From the NCBI GenBank assembly GCA_046290465.1, contig JBKAGP010000001.1:5664001-5728000 (forward strand): DNA of 64,000 nucleotides, read 5' to 3'. The DNA is from Planctomycetota bacterium. GTDB taxonomy: Bacteria > Planctomycetota > UBA1135 > UBA2386. This document shows, one piece after another, positions 9,519-19,020 of the stretch (positions are counted from its first letter, which is position 1; every line of letters begins with the position of its first letter). The position numbers and the translations under genes were made by a program. Under the pieces are notes generated by a model. The model made no database searches. It was not told the origin of the DNA and was given only the letters and a program-made list of their open reading frames with translations.

Positions 9519-10574
9519 CTACTCCATCCGGGCCGCTTCGAGCACCGTGTGCAGGCTGTCGGGGTCGGTCTGCGGCAGCACGCCGTGGCCGAGGTTGAAG
9601 ATGTGGCCCCGGCGGCCGGCGCCCGCGCAGATGCGGCGCACGCGCTGCATCAGGTCGTCGCGCTGGCAGAACAGGGCGGTCGGGTCGAGGTTGCCCTGCA
9701 GGGCCTTGCCGTTGCCGACGCGCTCGCGGAACGAGCCGAGGTCGTGGCGCCAGTCGACCGCGAGCACGTCGGCGCACGAACGTTGCATCGCGGCAAGGTG
9801 CTGGAACGCGCCGTTGACGTAGTCGATCGCCAGCGCGTCGGCCTCCTTGGCGGTGCGCAGCAGCCGTTCGCTGGCGGGCGCGGCGAAGCGCTCGTAGCTG
9901 TCCTGGTCGAGCACGGACGCCCAGCTGTCGAACACCTGGATGCCGTCGCAGCCGTTGCGGACCAGCGCGCGCACCAGCGGCTCGAGGCAGTCGGCGATGC
10001 GCGCGAGCAGCCGTTCGAACCGTTCGGGATGCTGGTGCATCATGCGCCGCGTCTTGCTCCAGTCCTTGCTGCCGCGGCCCTCGGTCAGGTAGCACGCCAT
10101 CGTGAACGGCGCGCCGACGAAGCCGAGCACGGCCTTGTCGGCGGGCAGCGCGGTGCGCACCTTGCGCGCGGTGGCGAGCATCGGCGCGAGGTCGACGTCG
10201 GGGTCTGGGACCTTCAGCGCCTCGACGTCGGCGTCGGACTCGACCGTGCGCTGCAGCACGGGGCCCGGCTCGTAGTCGAGGCCGATGCCCATCGGCGGCA
10301 CCGGCACCAGCAGGTCGGTGAACAGGATCGCGGCGTCGAGGTCGTAGCGGCGCAGCGGCTGCAGCGTGACCTCGCAGGCGGCGTCCGGCGTGTTGCACAG
10401 CTCGAGGAACGACATCGTGCTGCGCAGCTCGCGGTACTCGGGCAGGTAGCGGCCGGCCTGGCGCATGATCCACGCCGGCCGCCGCGACGGCTCGTCCCCG
10501 CGCGCGGCCGCCACGAACGGCGCGTCCTGCGAGGCGCGCTGCCAGCCGGCCTCTTCGAAGGTCTGCATGTTCAT
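9519..10574 (-). CDS. hemE: Uroporphyrinogen decarboxylase
   Basis: WIMRQAGRYLPEYR, GFVGAPFT, QVFDSWA, LQGNLDP, IFNLGHG. Confidence 0.96.
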   Translation of the reverse strand: MNMQTFEEAGWQRASQDAPFVAAARGDEPSRRPAWIMRQAGRYLPEYRELRSTMSFLELCNTPDAACEVTLQPLRRYDLDAAILFTDLLVPVPPMGIGLDYEPGPVLQRTVESDADVEALKVPDPDVDLAPMLATARKVRTALPADKAVLGFVGAPFTMACYLTEGRGSKDWSKTRRMMHQHPERFERLLARIADCLEPLVRALVRNGCDGIQVFDSWASVLDQDSYERFAAPASERLLRTAKEADALAIDYVNGAFQHLAAMQRSCADVLAVDWRHDLGSFRERVGNGKALQGNLDPTALFCQRDDLMQRVRRICAGAGRRGHIFNLGHGVLPQTDPDSLHTVLEAARME

Positions 10575-11869
10575 GCCAGCGCCTCCCGCAGCGAGGTCGT
10601 GAACACCTCGACGGCGCGATCGATGTCGTGCTCGGTGTGCGCCGTCGACAGGAAGCCGACCTCGTAGGCGCTCGGCGCCAGGTGCACGCCGCGCTGCAGG
10701 CACGCGTGGAAGAACTTCGCGTAGGGCTCGGCGCACGACGCCGGGATCCGGTCGGCGCGGCGCGGCGGCTCGTCCTGCGAGAACGAGAACCAGAACAGCG
10801 AACCCTTGCGCACCATGCGCACCGGCAGGTCCTCGTCGCAGAGCACCTTCTCGACGCCGTCCTGCAGCCGCTGGCCGAGCGCCTCGAGCCGTCGGTGCAC
10901 CTCGCCGTCGGCGAGTTCGGAGATCTGCGCGAGGCCGGCGGCCATCGCCAGCGGGTTTCCGGACAGCGTGCCGGCGTGGTAGGCCTTGCCGAGCGGCGCC
11001 AGGTGCGACATCACCTCGGCGGGGCCGCCGAACGCCGCGCACGGCAGGCCGCCGCCGAGGATCTTGCCGAACGCGACCAGGTCCGGCTCGATGCCGTAGT
11101 GGGCCGCGGCGCCGCCAGGGCCGACGCGGAAGCCGCTGATGACCTCGTCGAACAGCAGCAGCGCGCCGTGCTCGTCGCACAGCTCGCGCAGCAGCTGCAG
11201 GAACTCCTTGCGCTGCAGCAGCAGGCCGTTGTTGGCCGGGATCGGTTCGATCGCGATGACCGCGACCTCGTGGCCGCATGCCTTCATCAGTTCGCGGATC
11301 GCGTGCTCGTCGTCGAGCGGCACGACGCTGGTCAGTCCGGCGACCTCGCTCGGCACGCCGGCCGACGAAGGCTCGCCGAACGTGATCGCGCCCGAGCCGG
11401 CGGCGACCAGCATCGCGTCGCAGTGGCCGTGGTAGCAGCCGTCGAACTTGACGATGCGCGAACGGCCGGTCGCGGCGCGCGCCAGCCGCAGCGCGGACTG
11501 CGCCGCTTCGGTGCCCGACGACGTGAAGCGCACCCGTTCGGCCGTCGGGTAGCAGCGGCGCACCAGCTCGGCCAGCTCGAGTTCGCCGAGGTGGGGGGCG
11601 CCGTAGGTGGTGCCGCGCGTGACCTGCGCCGCGATCGCCTCGGTGACCTTGGGGTAGGCGTGGCCGAGGATCAGCGGACCCCACGACATCACGAAGTCGA
11701 GGTAGGTGTTGCCGTCGACGTCGGTCAGCTGCGCGCCCTCGGCGCGGTCGACGAACAGCGGCGTGCCGCCGACGGCGCGGAACGCGCGCACCGGGGACGA
11801 GACGCCGCCGGGCATCGCCTGCAGCGCGCGTTCGAACAGTTCTTGGGAGCGGGAGGTGGCGTTGCTCAT
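10571..11869 (-). CDS. hemL: Glutamate-1-semialdehyde 2,1-aminomutase
   Basis: MPGGVSSPVRAF, SGTEA, YHGH, FDEVISGFR, GKILGGGLP, AGTLSGNPLA. Confidence 0.96.
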   Translation of the reverse strand: MSNATSRSQELFERALQAMPGGVSSPVRAFRAVGGTPLFVDRAEGAQLTDVDGNTYLDFVMSWGPLILGHAYPKVTEAIAAQVTRGTTYGAPHLGELELAELVRRCYPTAERVRFTSSGTEAAQSALRLARAATGRSRIVKFDGCYHGHCDAMLVAAGSGAITFGEPSSAGVPSEVAGLTSVVPLDDEHAIRELMKACGHEVAVIAIEPIPANNGLLLQRKEFLQLLRELCDEHGALLLFDEVISGFRVGPGGAAAHYGIEPDLVAFGKILGGGLPCAAFGGPAEVMSHLAPLGKAYHAGTLSGNPLAMAAGLAQISELADGEVHRRLEALGQRLQDGVEKVLCDEDLPVRMVRKGSLFWFSFSQDEPPRRADRIPASCAEPYAKFFHACLQRGVHLAPSAYEVGFLSTAHTEHDIDRAVEVFTTSLREALA

Positions 11870-11873
11870 GTGC

Positions 11874-12860
11874 TCAGTCGAGCCAGCCCTCGCGCAGCGC
11901 GCGGCGGGCGTGGTAGGTGATCAGGATGTCGGCGCCGGCGCGGCGCACGGCGGTCAGGTGTTCGTGCACCAGCGACGCGCGGTCGGCGAGGCCCTTCTCG
12001 GCCAGCGCCTCGACCGCGGCATACTCGCCGCTCACCAGGTAGGCGGCGACCGGGCGGTCGACGGCGGCGCGCACGGACTGGATCACGTCGAGGTAGGCGA
12101 GCGCCGGCTTGACCATGATCACGTCGGCGCCTTCTTCGACGTCGAGGATCGCTTCGCGCACCGCCTCGCTGCGGTTGCGGTAGTCCATCTGGTAGGTCTT
12201 GCGGTCCTTCGGTCCGCTGCCGCCCTTCGGCGCCGACGCCGCGGCTTCGCGGAACGGCCCGTAGAAGTTCGACGCGTACTTGGCCGCGTAGCTCATGATC
12301 GAGCAATCGGTGAAGCCGTCGTCGTCGAGCGCCTCGCGCAGCGCGAACACCCGGCCGTCCATCATGTCGCTCGGCGCGACCATGTCGGCGCCGGCCTCGG
12401 CCAGCGAGACGGCCTGGCGGGCGAGCAGCGGCAGGCTGTCGTCGTTGCGCACGCGTTCGCCGTCGACGAGGCCGCAGTGGCCGTGGTCGGTGTAGGTGCA
12501 CAGGCAGACGTCGGCGATCACCTGCAGGTCGTCGCCGAAGCGCTGCTTCAGCGCCTGCACGGCGCGCTGCACCGGGCCGTTCGGGTCGTGGCCGGCGCTG
12601 CCGTGCGCGTCCTTGGTGTCGACCACGCCGAACAGCAGCGCCGACGTGATGCCGAGCTCGAGGTCCCGTTCGATCGTGCGCAGCAGCGGTTCGATGCCCT
12701 GCCGCGAGATGCCGGGCAGCGCGTCGACCGCGGTGTCGGCGCGATCGTCGGCGACGACGAAGTGCGGCTGGATCAGGTCGCTCGCGTGCACGCGCGTCTC
12801 GGCGACGAGCTCGCGCACGGCGCGCGACTTGCGCAGACGGCGGGGACGATCGTGGATCAT
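11874..12860 (-). CDS. hemB: Porphobilinogen synthase (Zn-type)
   Basis: RPRRLR, DVCLCTYTDHGHCG, APSDMMDGR, FYGPFR, MVKPA, SGEY. Confidence 0.96.
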   Translation of the reverse strand: MIHDRPRRLRKSRAVRELVAETRVHASDLIQPHFVVADDRADTAVDALPGISRQGIEPLLRTIERDLELGITSALLFGVVDTKDAHGSAGHDPNGPVQRAVQALKQRFGDDLQVIADVCLCTYTDHGHCGLVDGERVRNDDSLPLLARQAVSLAEAGADMVAPSDMMDGRVFALREALDDDGFTDCSIMSYAAKYASNFYGPFREAAASAPKGGSGPKDRKTYQMDYRNRSEAVREAILDVEEGADVIMVKPALAYLDVIQSVRAAVDRPVAAYLVSGEYAAVEALAEKGLADRASLVHEHLTAVRRAGADILITYHARRALREGWLD

Positions 12861-14473
12861 GCGGTGGGTCCGTGGGAAAGGGCGTCGAGCAGCGCGGCGA
12901 CGGTCGGCTCCGGCAGCGTCGTGACCGACTCGAAGCCGCGCGCGTGCAGCGCGTCGGTGGTGGTGGTGCCGATCGCGATGGCGCGCACGTCGGCGCGGCC
13001 GTCGGTGGCGGCGTGCCACGCTTCGACCGCCGAAGGCGACGTGAACAGGAACGCGTCGAGCGCGTCGGGGATTTCGCCGGCGTCGCGCTCCGCGTCGGCC
13101 AGGCGGTAGACGGGCAGCGCTTCGGTGTCGATGCCGGCCGCGCCAGCGCGGCTCTCGAAGCTCGCGTGCCGTTCGGCGGCGCACGGGAACGCGACGCGGC
13201 GCACGCCGGCTTCGGCGCACAGCCGCGCCAGTTGCTCGCCGCCGCGGCCGGCCGCGCTGTGCACCTTGGCGAAGCCTGCCTGCACCAGCTCGGTCGCCGT
13301 CGCCGCGCCGACCGCGTAGCAGGGCAGCTCGAACGGCTGCACGTCGTGCTCGCGGCAGGCCGCGACGAAGCGCCGCACCGCGCGCGCCGACGTGAACGCG
13401 AGCGCGCCGCGGCCGATCGCGGCCTCGAGCTGCTCGCGGGTCACATCGACGGCTTCGGTCGTCGTCCACGGCAGCGAGGTCACGTCGGCGCCGGCGATCG
13501 CGAGCGCCGCGGTGAGCCCGGTGCGTTCGCCGTCGGGGCGGATGGTGGCGACCCGGCGGCCGCGCAGCGGGTCGCCGACCAGCGGCTTCCAGCGCGCCAC
13601 GATCTCCTGCGCCATCGCGGCCGGGTCGTCGCCGATCACGGCCTCGCGCAGCGCGGCGTTGGGCTCGCCGCCGAACAGCGCGGCGCGCAGCCGGAACCGG
13701 TCTCCGACCGGCTCGACCAGCACGCCGAGCGGCATCGAGCAGCCGCCGCCGAGGCCGAGCAGGATCGCGCGTTCGGCGGCGACGCAGCGCGCCGTGGTGT
13801 CGTCGTGCAGGTGGGCGAGCGCGCCGAGGATGCGCGCGTCGCCGGCGCGGCACTGCACACCGAGCGCGCCCTGGCCGGGTGCCGGCGTGAACACGTCGAC
13901 CGGCAGGTGCTCGGTGACGAGGCCGCTCAGGTCCTGGCCGAGCCGGTTGAGGCCGGCGGCCGCCAGCAGCACGGCGTCGTAGTCGCCGTTGCGGGCCTTG
14001 TCGACGCGCGTCGGCACGTTGCCGCGGATGTCCCTGGTCCGAAGGTCGCGGCGCGCGGCGATCGCGGCCAGCGCGCGACGCGGCGACGACGTCCCGAGCG
14101 TCGCTCCCGCGCGTAGCCCGCCGAACGGTCCGCCGTCGCCGTCGAGCACGTCGCCGCGCGTGACCAGCACGTCGCGGGCGTCCTCGCGCGCCGGCACCGC
14201 GCCGAGCGCGAGGCCGTCGGGGTCCTCGACCGGCAGGTCCTTGAGGCTGTGCACGGCGGCGTCGATCGCGCCGCTGCGCAGCGCGTCCTCGAGCTCCTTG
14301 GTGAACAGGCCCTTCACGCCGATCCCCGACAGCGGTCGGTCCTGGATGCGGTCGCCGGTCGTGACCATCACCTCGATGCGATAGTCCTCGCCGGTCGCCT
14401 GCCGGATGCGTTCGGCGACCCAGCGCGTCTGGGTGAGCGCGAGGTCGCTGCCGCGGCTGCCGAACACGATCAT
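12857..14473 (-). CDS. hemC: Fused hydroxymethylbilane synthase / uroporphyrinogen-III synthase (HemC-HemD)
   Basis: GSRGSDLAL, GLFTKELE, VHSLKD, GTSSPRR, GGGCSMP followed by HemD-like FTSARAV, AVGAATA, FTSPSAV, AIGTTT. Confidence 0.92.
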   Translation of the reverse strand: MIVFGSRGSDLALTQTRWVAERIRQATGEDYRIEVMVTTGDRIQDRPLSGIGVKGLFTKELEDALRSGAIDAAVHSLKDLPVEDPDGLALGAVPAREDARDVLVTRGDVLDGDGGPFGGLRAGATLGTSSPRRALAAIAARRDLRTRDIRGNVPTRVDKARNGDYDAVLLAAAGLNRLGQDLSGLVTEHLPVDVFTPAPGQGALGVQCRAGDARILGALAHLHDDTTARCVAAERAILLGLGGGCSMPLGVLVEPVGDRFRLRAALFGGEPNAALREAVIGDDPAAMAQEIVARWKPLVGDPLRGRRVATIRPDGERTGLTAALAIAGADVTSLPWTTTEAVDVTREQLEAAIGRGALAFTSARAVRRFVAACREHDVQPFELPCYAVGAATATELVQAGFAKVHSAAGRGGEQLARLCAEAGVRRVAFPCAAERHASFESRAGAAGIDTEALPVYRLADAERDAGEIPDALDAFLFTSPSAVEAWHAATDGRADVRAIAIGTTTTDALHARGFESVTTLPEPTVAALLDALSHGPTA

Positions 14474-15612
14474 GGCGTGGCGAAGTGCTTGACGTCGCTG
14501 AGGTGCAGGTGCGCGTTGCGGCGGGCGACGCGCTCCGCCAGCCTGCGCACTTCGTCGGCCAGGTCCGGGTCGAGCGCGCGCAGCTTGCCGCGCAGCGCGC
14601 GTTCGACCTCGGCCGAGGCGTTCTCGACGTGCAGGCCGAGCAGCTGGCCGAGATCGACCTTGCCCTGTTCGAGTTCGTGCCAGATGCGGCCGGCCTCGTC
14701 GGCGGCGAAGCTCTGCGCATGGTCGCGCCAGTCGCGCAGCGCCTGCTCGTGCTCCTGTTCGAGGCGCGCCAGACCGTCGAGGTCGAGATGGCGCACGTCG
14801 GGGTGCTGGTCGAGGCCGACGGCGACGGCCGGCTGCGAGATGTCGACGACCGTCTGCAGCGACGGCATGCGCGCGACCGGCAGCTTCAGCAGGCGGCCCG
14901 AGATCGCGACGATCACGGCGTCGACGTCGGGCGGCGTCGCCAGCAGATCGTCGAGCGAACCGGCGGTGCCGTCGAAGTGCGCCGCGAGCCGGCGCGCGTG
15001 CGCGACCGTGCGGTTGGCGAAGTGCAGCGCGCGCGCGCCGAGGTCGCGCAGGCTCTCGGCCGCGGTGTGCGCGGTGGTGCCGGCGCCGACGATCGCGACG
15101 CGGCCGCCGGCCTGGCGGCAGATCCGCGCGGCCAGCTCCGCGACCGAACGCGGCGCCGAGACGACCGGGCGGGTCTGGCGCGCCTTGCGCGCGGCGTGCA
15201 TGACGCGCGAGTAGACCATGTGCAGGCCCTTGCCGAGCAGGCCCTGGGCCTCGCACTCGCGGAACGCCTGGCCGACCTGGCCGAGGATCTGGTCCTCGCC
15301 GAGCACCAGCGACTCGAGTCCGGTCGCGACGCGGATGAGGTGCGCGACGGCGTCGGCGTCGCGGAACTCGTGCAGCGGCACGTCGATGCCGGCGAAGATC
15401 TCGGCGCGCAGCGCGTCGGGATCGGCTCCGGCGGCGTCGACGACGACCTCGAAGCGGTTGCACGTCGCGAGCAGCATCGCGCCGTTGCAGCGGCCGTCGG
15501 CGCGCGCCTGCGCGAGGCGCTGCGCGATCCGTTCCTGCTGCTGGTGCAGAGGCTGCATGTCCGACAGCGAGACCTGCTGCTGGCATGCACCGAATAACAC
15601 GAGACCAACCAC
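14470..15612 (-). CDS. hemA: Glutamyl-tRNA reductase (short, divergent; start uncertain)
   Basis: ATCNRFE catalytic motif, GLESLVLGEDQILGQV, IVGAG, ANRT; first gene of hem operon. Confidence 0.88.
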   Translation of the reverse strand: MVGLVLFGACQQQVSLSDMQPLHQQQERIAQRLAQARADGRCNGAMLLATCNRFEVVVDAAGADPDALRAEIFAGIDVPLHEFRDADAVAHLIRVATGLESLVLGEDQILGQVGQAFRECEAQGLLGKGLHMVYSRVMHAARKARQTRPVVSAPRSVAELAARICRQAGGRVAIVGAGTTAHTAAESLRDLGARALHFANRTVAHARRLAAHFDGTAGSLDDLLATPPDVDAVIVAISGRLLKLPVARMPSLQTVVDISQPAVAVGLDQHPDVRHLDLDGLARLEQEHEQALRDWRDHAQSFAADEAGRIWHELEQGKVDLGQLLGLHVENASAEVERALRGKLRALDPDLADEVRRLAERVARRNAHLHLSDVKHFATP

Positions 15613-15758
15613 GATGGGACTATCGGCAGCCCCATCCGAGGTTGTGTCATCGCATGGTCACGATTGGCACCTCGCGCGTCGGTTCGCGAGCGCCGGCGCC
15701 GTGCGAAGGCGTCGATCTGCGTCAGGCGAACGTCATTCGCCGCCGCGCCGCGCGTGTC

Positions 15759-17756
15759 TCATCGGTGGAACGACGCTGCCGCGACCCGCACCGTTTGGTC
15801 CGGCTCGAACGTGCGGATCACGATCCGGTCGCGGCGCGGGTCGTTGGCGGTGTAGAACAGCAGGCGGTTGCGGTTGGCGAGCATGCGCACGTGGCGGGTG
15901 GCGAACGGCAGCTCGTCGACGACCGTGTCCCAGCCCTTGCCCGGCTCGAACACGGCGACCGAACGGTCCTGCGAGAAGCGCTGGCCGCGCATGGTGCCGC
16001 CGCACGCGACGTAGAGGCGATCGCCGATCACGGCGAGCTGGGGCGAGACCCAGGCGGTCGGAGCCTGCAGCTCACTCCAGGTGCCCGACTCGAAGTCGTA
16101 GACGTCGCACGGGCCGGCGTGCTGGAAGCCGTCGCCGAGGCCGCCGACGAGGTAGAGCTTGCTGCCGACGACGGCGGCGCTGAACGAGCGGCGCGGGCGC
16201 GGCAGGCGGATGCCCGCCCGCTCGAACGTCGGCTGGGCGGCCGCCGGGTCGCATACGAGGATCTCGCGGGTGTCGCCCTTGGTGGAGCCGCCGGTGTCGT
16301 CCGGCTGGAAGTCGACGCCGCCGATCACGTAGAGCCGGTCGCCGTGGCGGACCATCTGGCACTGCGTGCGCGGCGCCTCGAGCCCGGCGTCGTAGGGCAG
16401 CGCCTTCAGTCGGCGCATGTCCCAGCGGAACGCGTTCGGCAGGCTCTGCACCTTGCCGTCGAGCACGCCGAGGCCACCGACGACGAGGTTGTCGCGCCGG
16501 CCGCCCCAGACGGTGCTCGCCATCGACTGGCAGCCGTGCGGCAGGTCCGCGACCTTCTCGGCGGTCATCGTCGTCAGCTGGATGCGCCACACGTCGGTGG
16601 CGAACTGCTCGGGCGCGAACCGGTCGCCGTCGTGGCCGCGGTTGCCGCCCAGCGCCCACAGGGTGTCGTCCTGCAGCAGCAGCGCCTGGCGGTAGGAGAC
16701 CTGCGACGGGGCCGGGATCACGTACTCGCGCAGTTCGGGGCGGGAGCGACCGTCGATCGACACGTGCTCCATCGTGCGCAGGTGGCCGCCGCGGTTGGCG
16801 CCGCCGAACGCGAGGATGCGGCCCGGCTCCAGCGCCGGCAGCATGCGGTGGAAGAAGCGCGGCATCTCGAGCTGCGCGACGTGCTGCCAGCCGCTGCCGG
16901 CCTCGCCGTTCCACTTCAGCAGGCTGCCGTTCATCACCGTCGCGTACAGCCAGCCGTCGACGCCGAGCGCCGCCGTGCCGAAGGCGAAGCCCGGCAGGTC
17001 GGGCCCCTCGCTCCAGCGGTTGGTCGCAGGATCGAACACGCGGACCGTCGCGATCGGCTTGCTGTCGGTGATGCCGCCGAGCACCGCGATCTTGCCGCCG
17101 AACGTCGCGACCGCGCAGGCACGGCGCACGTGGCCGAGCTTGGGCAGCTCCTGCCACGCGAGCGGCTGCGTGCCGAGGTCCGCGACCCAGGAGGTCTCGT
17201 GCCAGTCACCGTCCTCGCCGTCGAGGTTCCAGCCGCCGATCACGTAGAGCTTGTTGTCACAGACGATGGCGTCGTGCGACGAGCGCGGCTCCGGCAGCGG
17301 GGTCATCTCCTGCCACTTGCCGCGCGCCGGGTCGAAGCGCTGCACCGAGGCGGTCGAGTGCATGTCGGCGTCGTCGCCGGCCTCGTTGCGGGCGTCGGTG
17401 CCGCCGACGCGATAGATCGTGCCGTCGGGAGCCGCGACCAGCGACGTGCCCTGCAGCGCCGGGCCAGGGGGCAGCTCCTGCCAGGACTGGCCGTCGACCA
17501 TGTTGAAGCGTCGGAACGCCCCGATGATGTTGTCCTTGCTGTGGGCGTGCGCGCGGCCGATGTGGCCGCCGAAGACGTAGACCCAGCTGCCGACGCGGCA
17601 GGCGCCGAAGCTGGTGATGGCGTGGGGCATCACCGCCGGATGCACGACGTGCAGGGCGTCGGCTTCCTGCCGCGCCGCCGCTTCGGCGGGGTTCTGGGAG
17701 ACAGCGAGCGCGGGCAGCAGCAGCGCTGCGCACGTGGAGAGGGTTCGACAGTTCAT
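15759..17756 (-). CDS. Secreted Kelch-repeat protein (probably two beta-propellers)
   Basis: Signal peptide; about 12 repeats of YV.GG...W type (VYVFGG, IYRVGG, LYVIGG, IAVLGG, LWALGG, LYLVGG); GGHIGRAHAHS motif. Confidence 0.85.
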   Translation of the reverse strand: MNCRTLSTCAALLLPALAVSQNPAEAAARQEADALHVVHPAVMPHAITSFGACRVGSWVYVFGGHIGRAHAHSKDNIIGAFRRFNMVDGQSWQELPPGPALQGTSLVAAPDGTIYRVGGTDARNEAGDDADMHSTASVQRFDPARGKWQEMTPLPEPRSSHDAIVCDNKLYVIGGWNLDGEDGDWHETSWVADLGTQPLAWQELPKLGHVRRACAVATFGGKIAVLGGITDSKPIATVRVFDPATNRWSEGPDLPGFAFGTAALGVDGWLYATVMNGSLLKWNGEAGSGWQHVAQLEMPRFFHRMLPALEPGRILAFGGANRGGHLRTMEHVSIDGRSRPELREYVIPAPSQVSYRQALLLQDDTLWALGGNRGHDGDRFAPEQFATDVWRIQLTTMTAEKVADLPHGCQSMASTVWGGRRDNLVVGGLGVLDGKVQSLPNAFRWDMRRLKALPYDAGLEAPRTQCQMVRHGDRLYVIGGVDFQPDDTGGSTKGDTREILVCDPAAAQPTFERAGIRLPRPRRSFSAAVVGSKLYLVGGLGDGFQHAGPCDVYDFESGTWSELQAPTAWVSPQLAVIGDRLYVACGGTMRGQRFSQDRSVAVFEPGKGWDTVVDELPFATRHVRMLANRNRLLFYTANDPRRDRIVIRTFEPDQTVRVAAASFHR

Positions 17757-17995
17757 GGATGCAGGAGTAGGAGGGGTCCGTTCTGTTCGTGTCGCTTGGG
17801 GGTCGCGGGAGGCGCGATCGCGCGCTGCACGGCCGGCAGTCGCGTCTCGGCGAGCTTCAGGACGGAGACGAGGTGCGGCAGCGAGTCCGGCGTCAGCCGC
17901 AGCATCGCCGGGCCCATGTGGACGTGGAGCGAGCCGCAGGTGCAGAGGTCGACCTTGAAGGGGCCGTGCGAGCTGAGGTTGGTGGGTTGGCACAT
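17753..17995 (-). CDS. Small Cys/His protein (reminiscent of DUF6686-type proteins)
   Basis: MCQ...CTCGSLHVHMG; ATGA overlap with Kelch gene start. Confidence 0.65.
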   Translation of the reverse strand: MCQPTNLSSHGPFKVDLCTCGSLHVHMGPAMLRLTPDSLPHLVSVLKLAETRLPAVQRAIAPPATPKRHEQNGPLLLLHP

Positions 17996-18088
17996 GGTTG
18001 GGTGAGGTGGATTGGGCCGGCTGCGACTCGGTGCACGTGTGTTTCGGGATCTTCCCCATCCCCGCAGCCGGCCAATCCGAAGGTGTAG

Positions 18089-18988
18089 CTAGGCGTGGAA
18101 CACCGCCTGCAGCGCGAAGATGAGCGCGGTACCGCCGCCGAAGGCGGCGGCGAGGGTGATGCCGCCGGGAACCCGCAGGCTCCGCTTCTGCCACCACATC
18201 GCGATCCCGGTGATCGCCCACATCACCATGGCGAACGCCATGATGTCGACGAACACCGCCCACACGACGCGCGCCCAGTCCGACCGGCCGTAGCCGTGGG
18301 TGACGTGCAGGCGGCGCATCAGCCGGCCGAAGTCGAAGGCGTTGGCAGAGCTCTCGCTGACGCGGTCGCGGGTCAGCGACGCCGACCAGCGCGTGTCGTC
18401 GGAGACGACCCGCAGCGACGGCCCGCCGACCGGGCGCAGGTTCTCGGGCTTCATCCCGATCGTCGCGAGCGTGGCTTCGGCGATCCTGGCGACCTGCTCC
18501 TTCTCGGCGGCGAAGGTGTCGCGCGGGAGGTTCGTCGAGCTGGACGTGCGTGGCCGGCGCTCGGTGAGGAACGCGCCGGAGCCGTCGATGGGCATCGCGA
18601 GCCGGTAGTTCTTGTCGCTCTCCGGATCGTGGAAGTCGAACGTCCACGTGCCCGAGAGCGTTGTGCTGGAGGAGGGGGCGTGCTTGCCGATGGCGGTGAG
18701 CAGGCGCGCCCCGAGTTCGTCGCTGGGTGGAGCCAGCGGCGCGCGCTGGTCTGGTGGCACGACCAGTTCGCGGGCGGTCGACAAGGAGCCGCCGTGGTTG
18801 AACAGGAAGCCGCTGATACCGTAGATCAGCACCCACGGCAGCAGGGCCAGCCCGCTGTAGAGATGGATCCGCCGCAGCCACCGCATCCCCGCAGCCTTGC
18901 GTCTGGCGGCGTTGCCGACCTGCGCAACGATCGGTCGGGGGGCCGGCTTCGCGAGCGAACGGGACACGGGGGCCGTCAGCGGAGTCAT
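18089..18988 (-). CDS. PepSY-associated TM helix membrane protein
   Basis: LRRIHLYSGL...GISGFLFNH, RRLH, and TGIAMWW motifs typical of PepSY_TM proteins; start could be further downstream. Confidence 0.8.
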   Translation of the reverse strand: MTPLTAPVSRSLAKPAPRPIVAQVGNAARRKAAGMRWLRRIHLYSGLALLPWVLIYGISGFLFNHGGSLSTARELVVPPDQRAPLAPPSDELGARLLTAIGKHAPSSSTTLSGTWTFDFHDPESDKNYRLAMPIDGSGAFLTERRPRTSSSTNLPRDTFAAEKEQVARIAEATLATIGMKPENLRPVGGPSLRVVSDDTRWSASLTRDRVSESSANAFDFGRLMRRLHVTHGYGRSDWARVVWAVFVDIMAFAMVMWAITGIAMWWQKRSLRVPGGITLAAAFGGGTALIFALQAVFHA

Positions 18989-19020
18989 CGGGATACCTCG
19001 CGGTCGGGGCCTGGCAGGAC

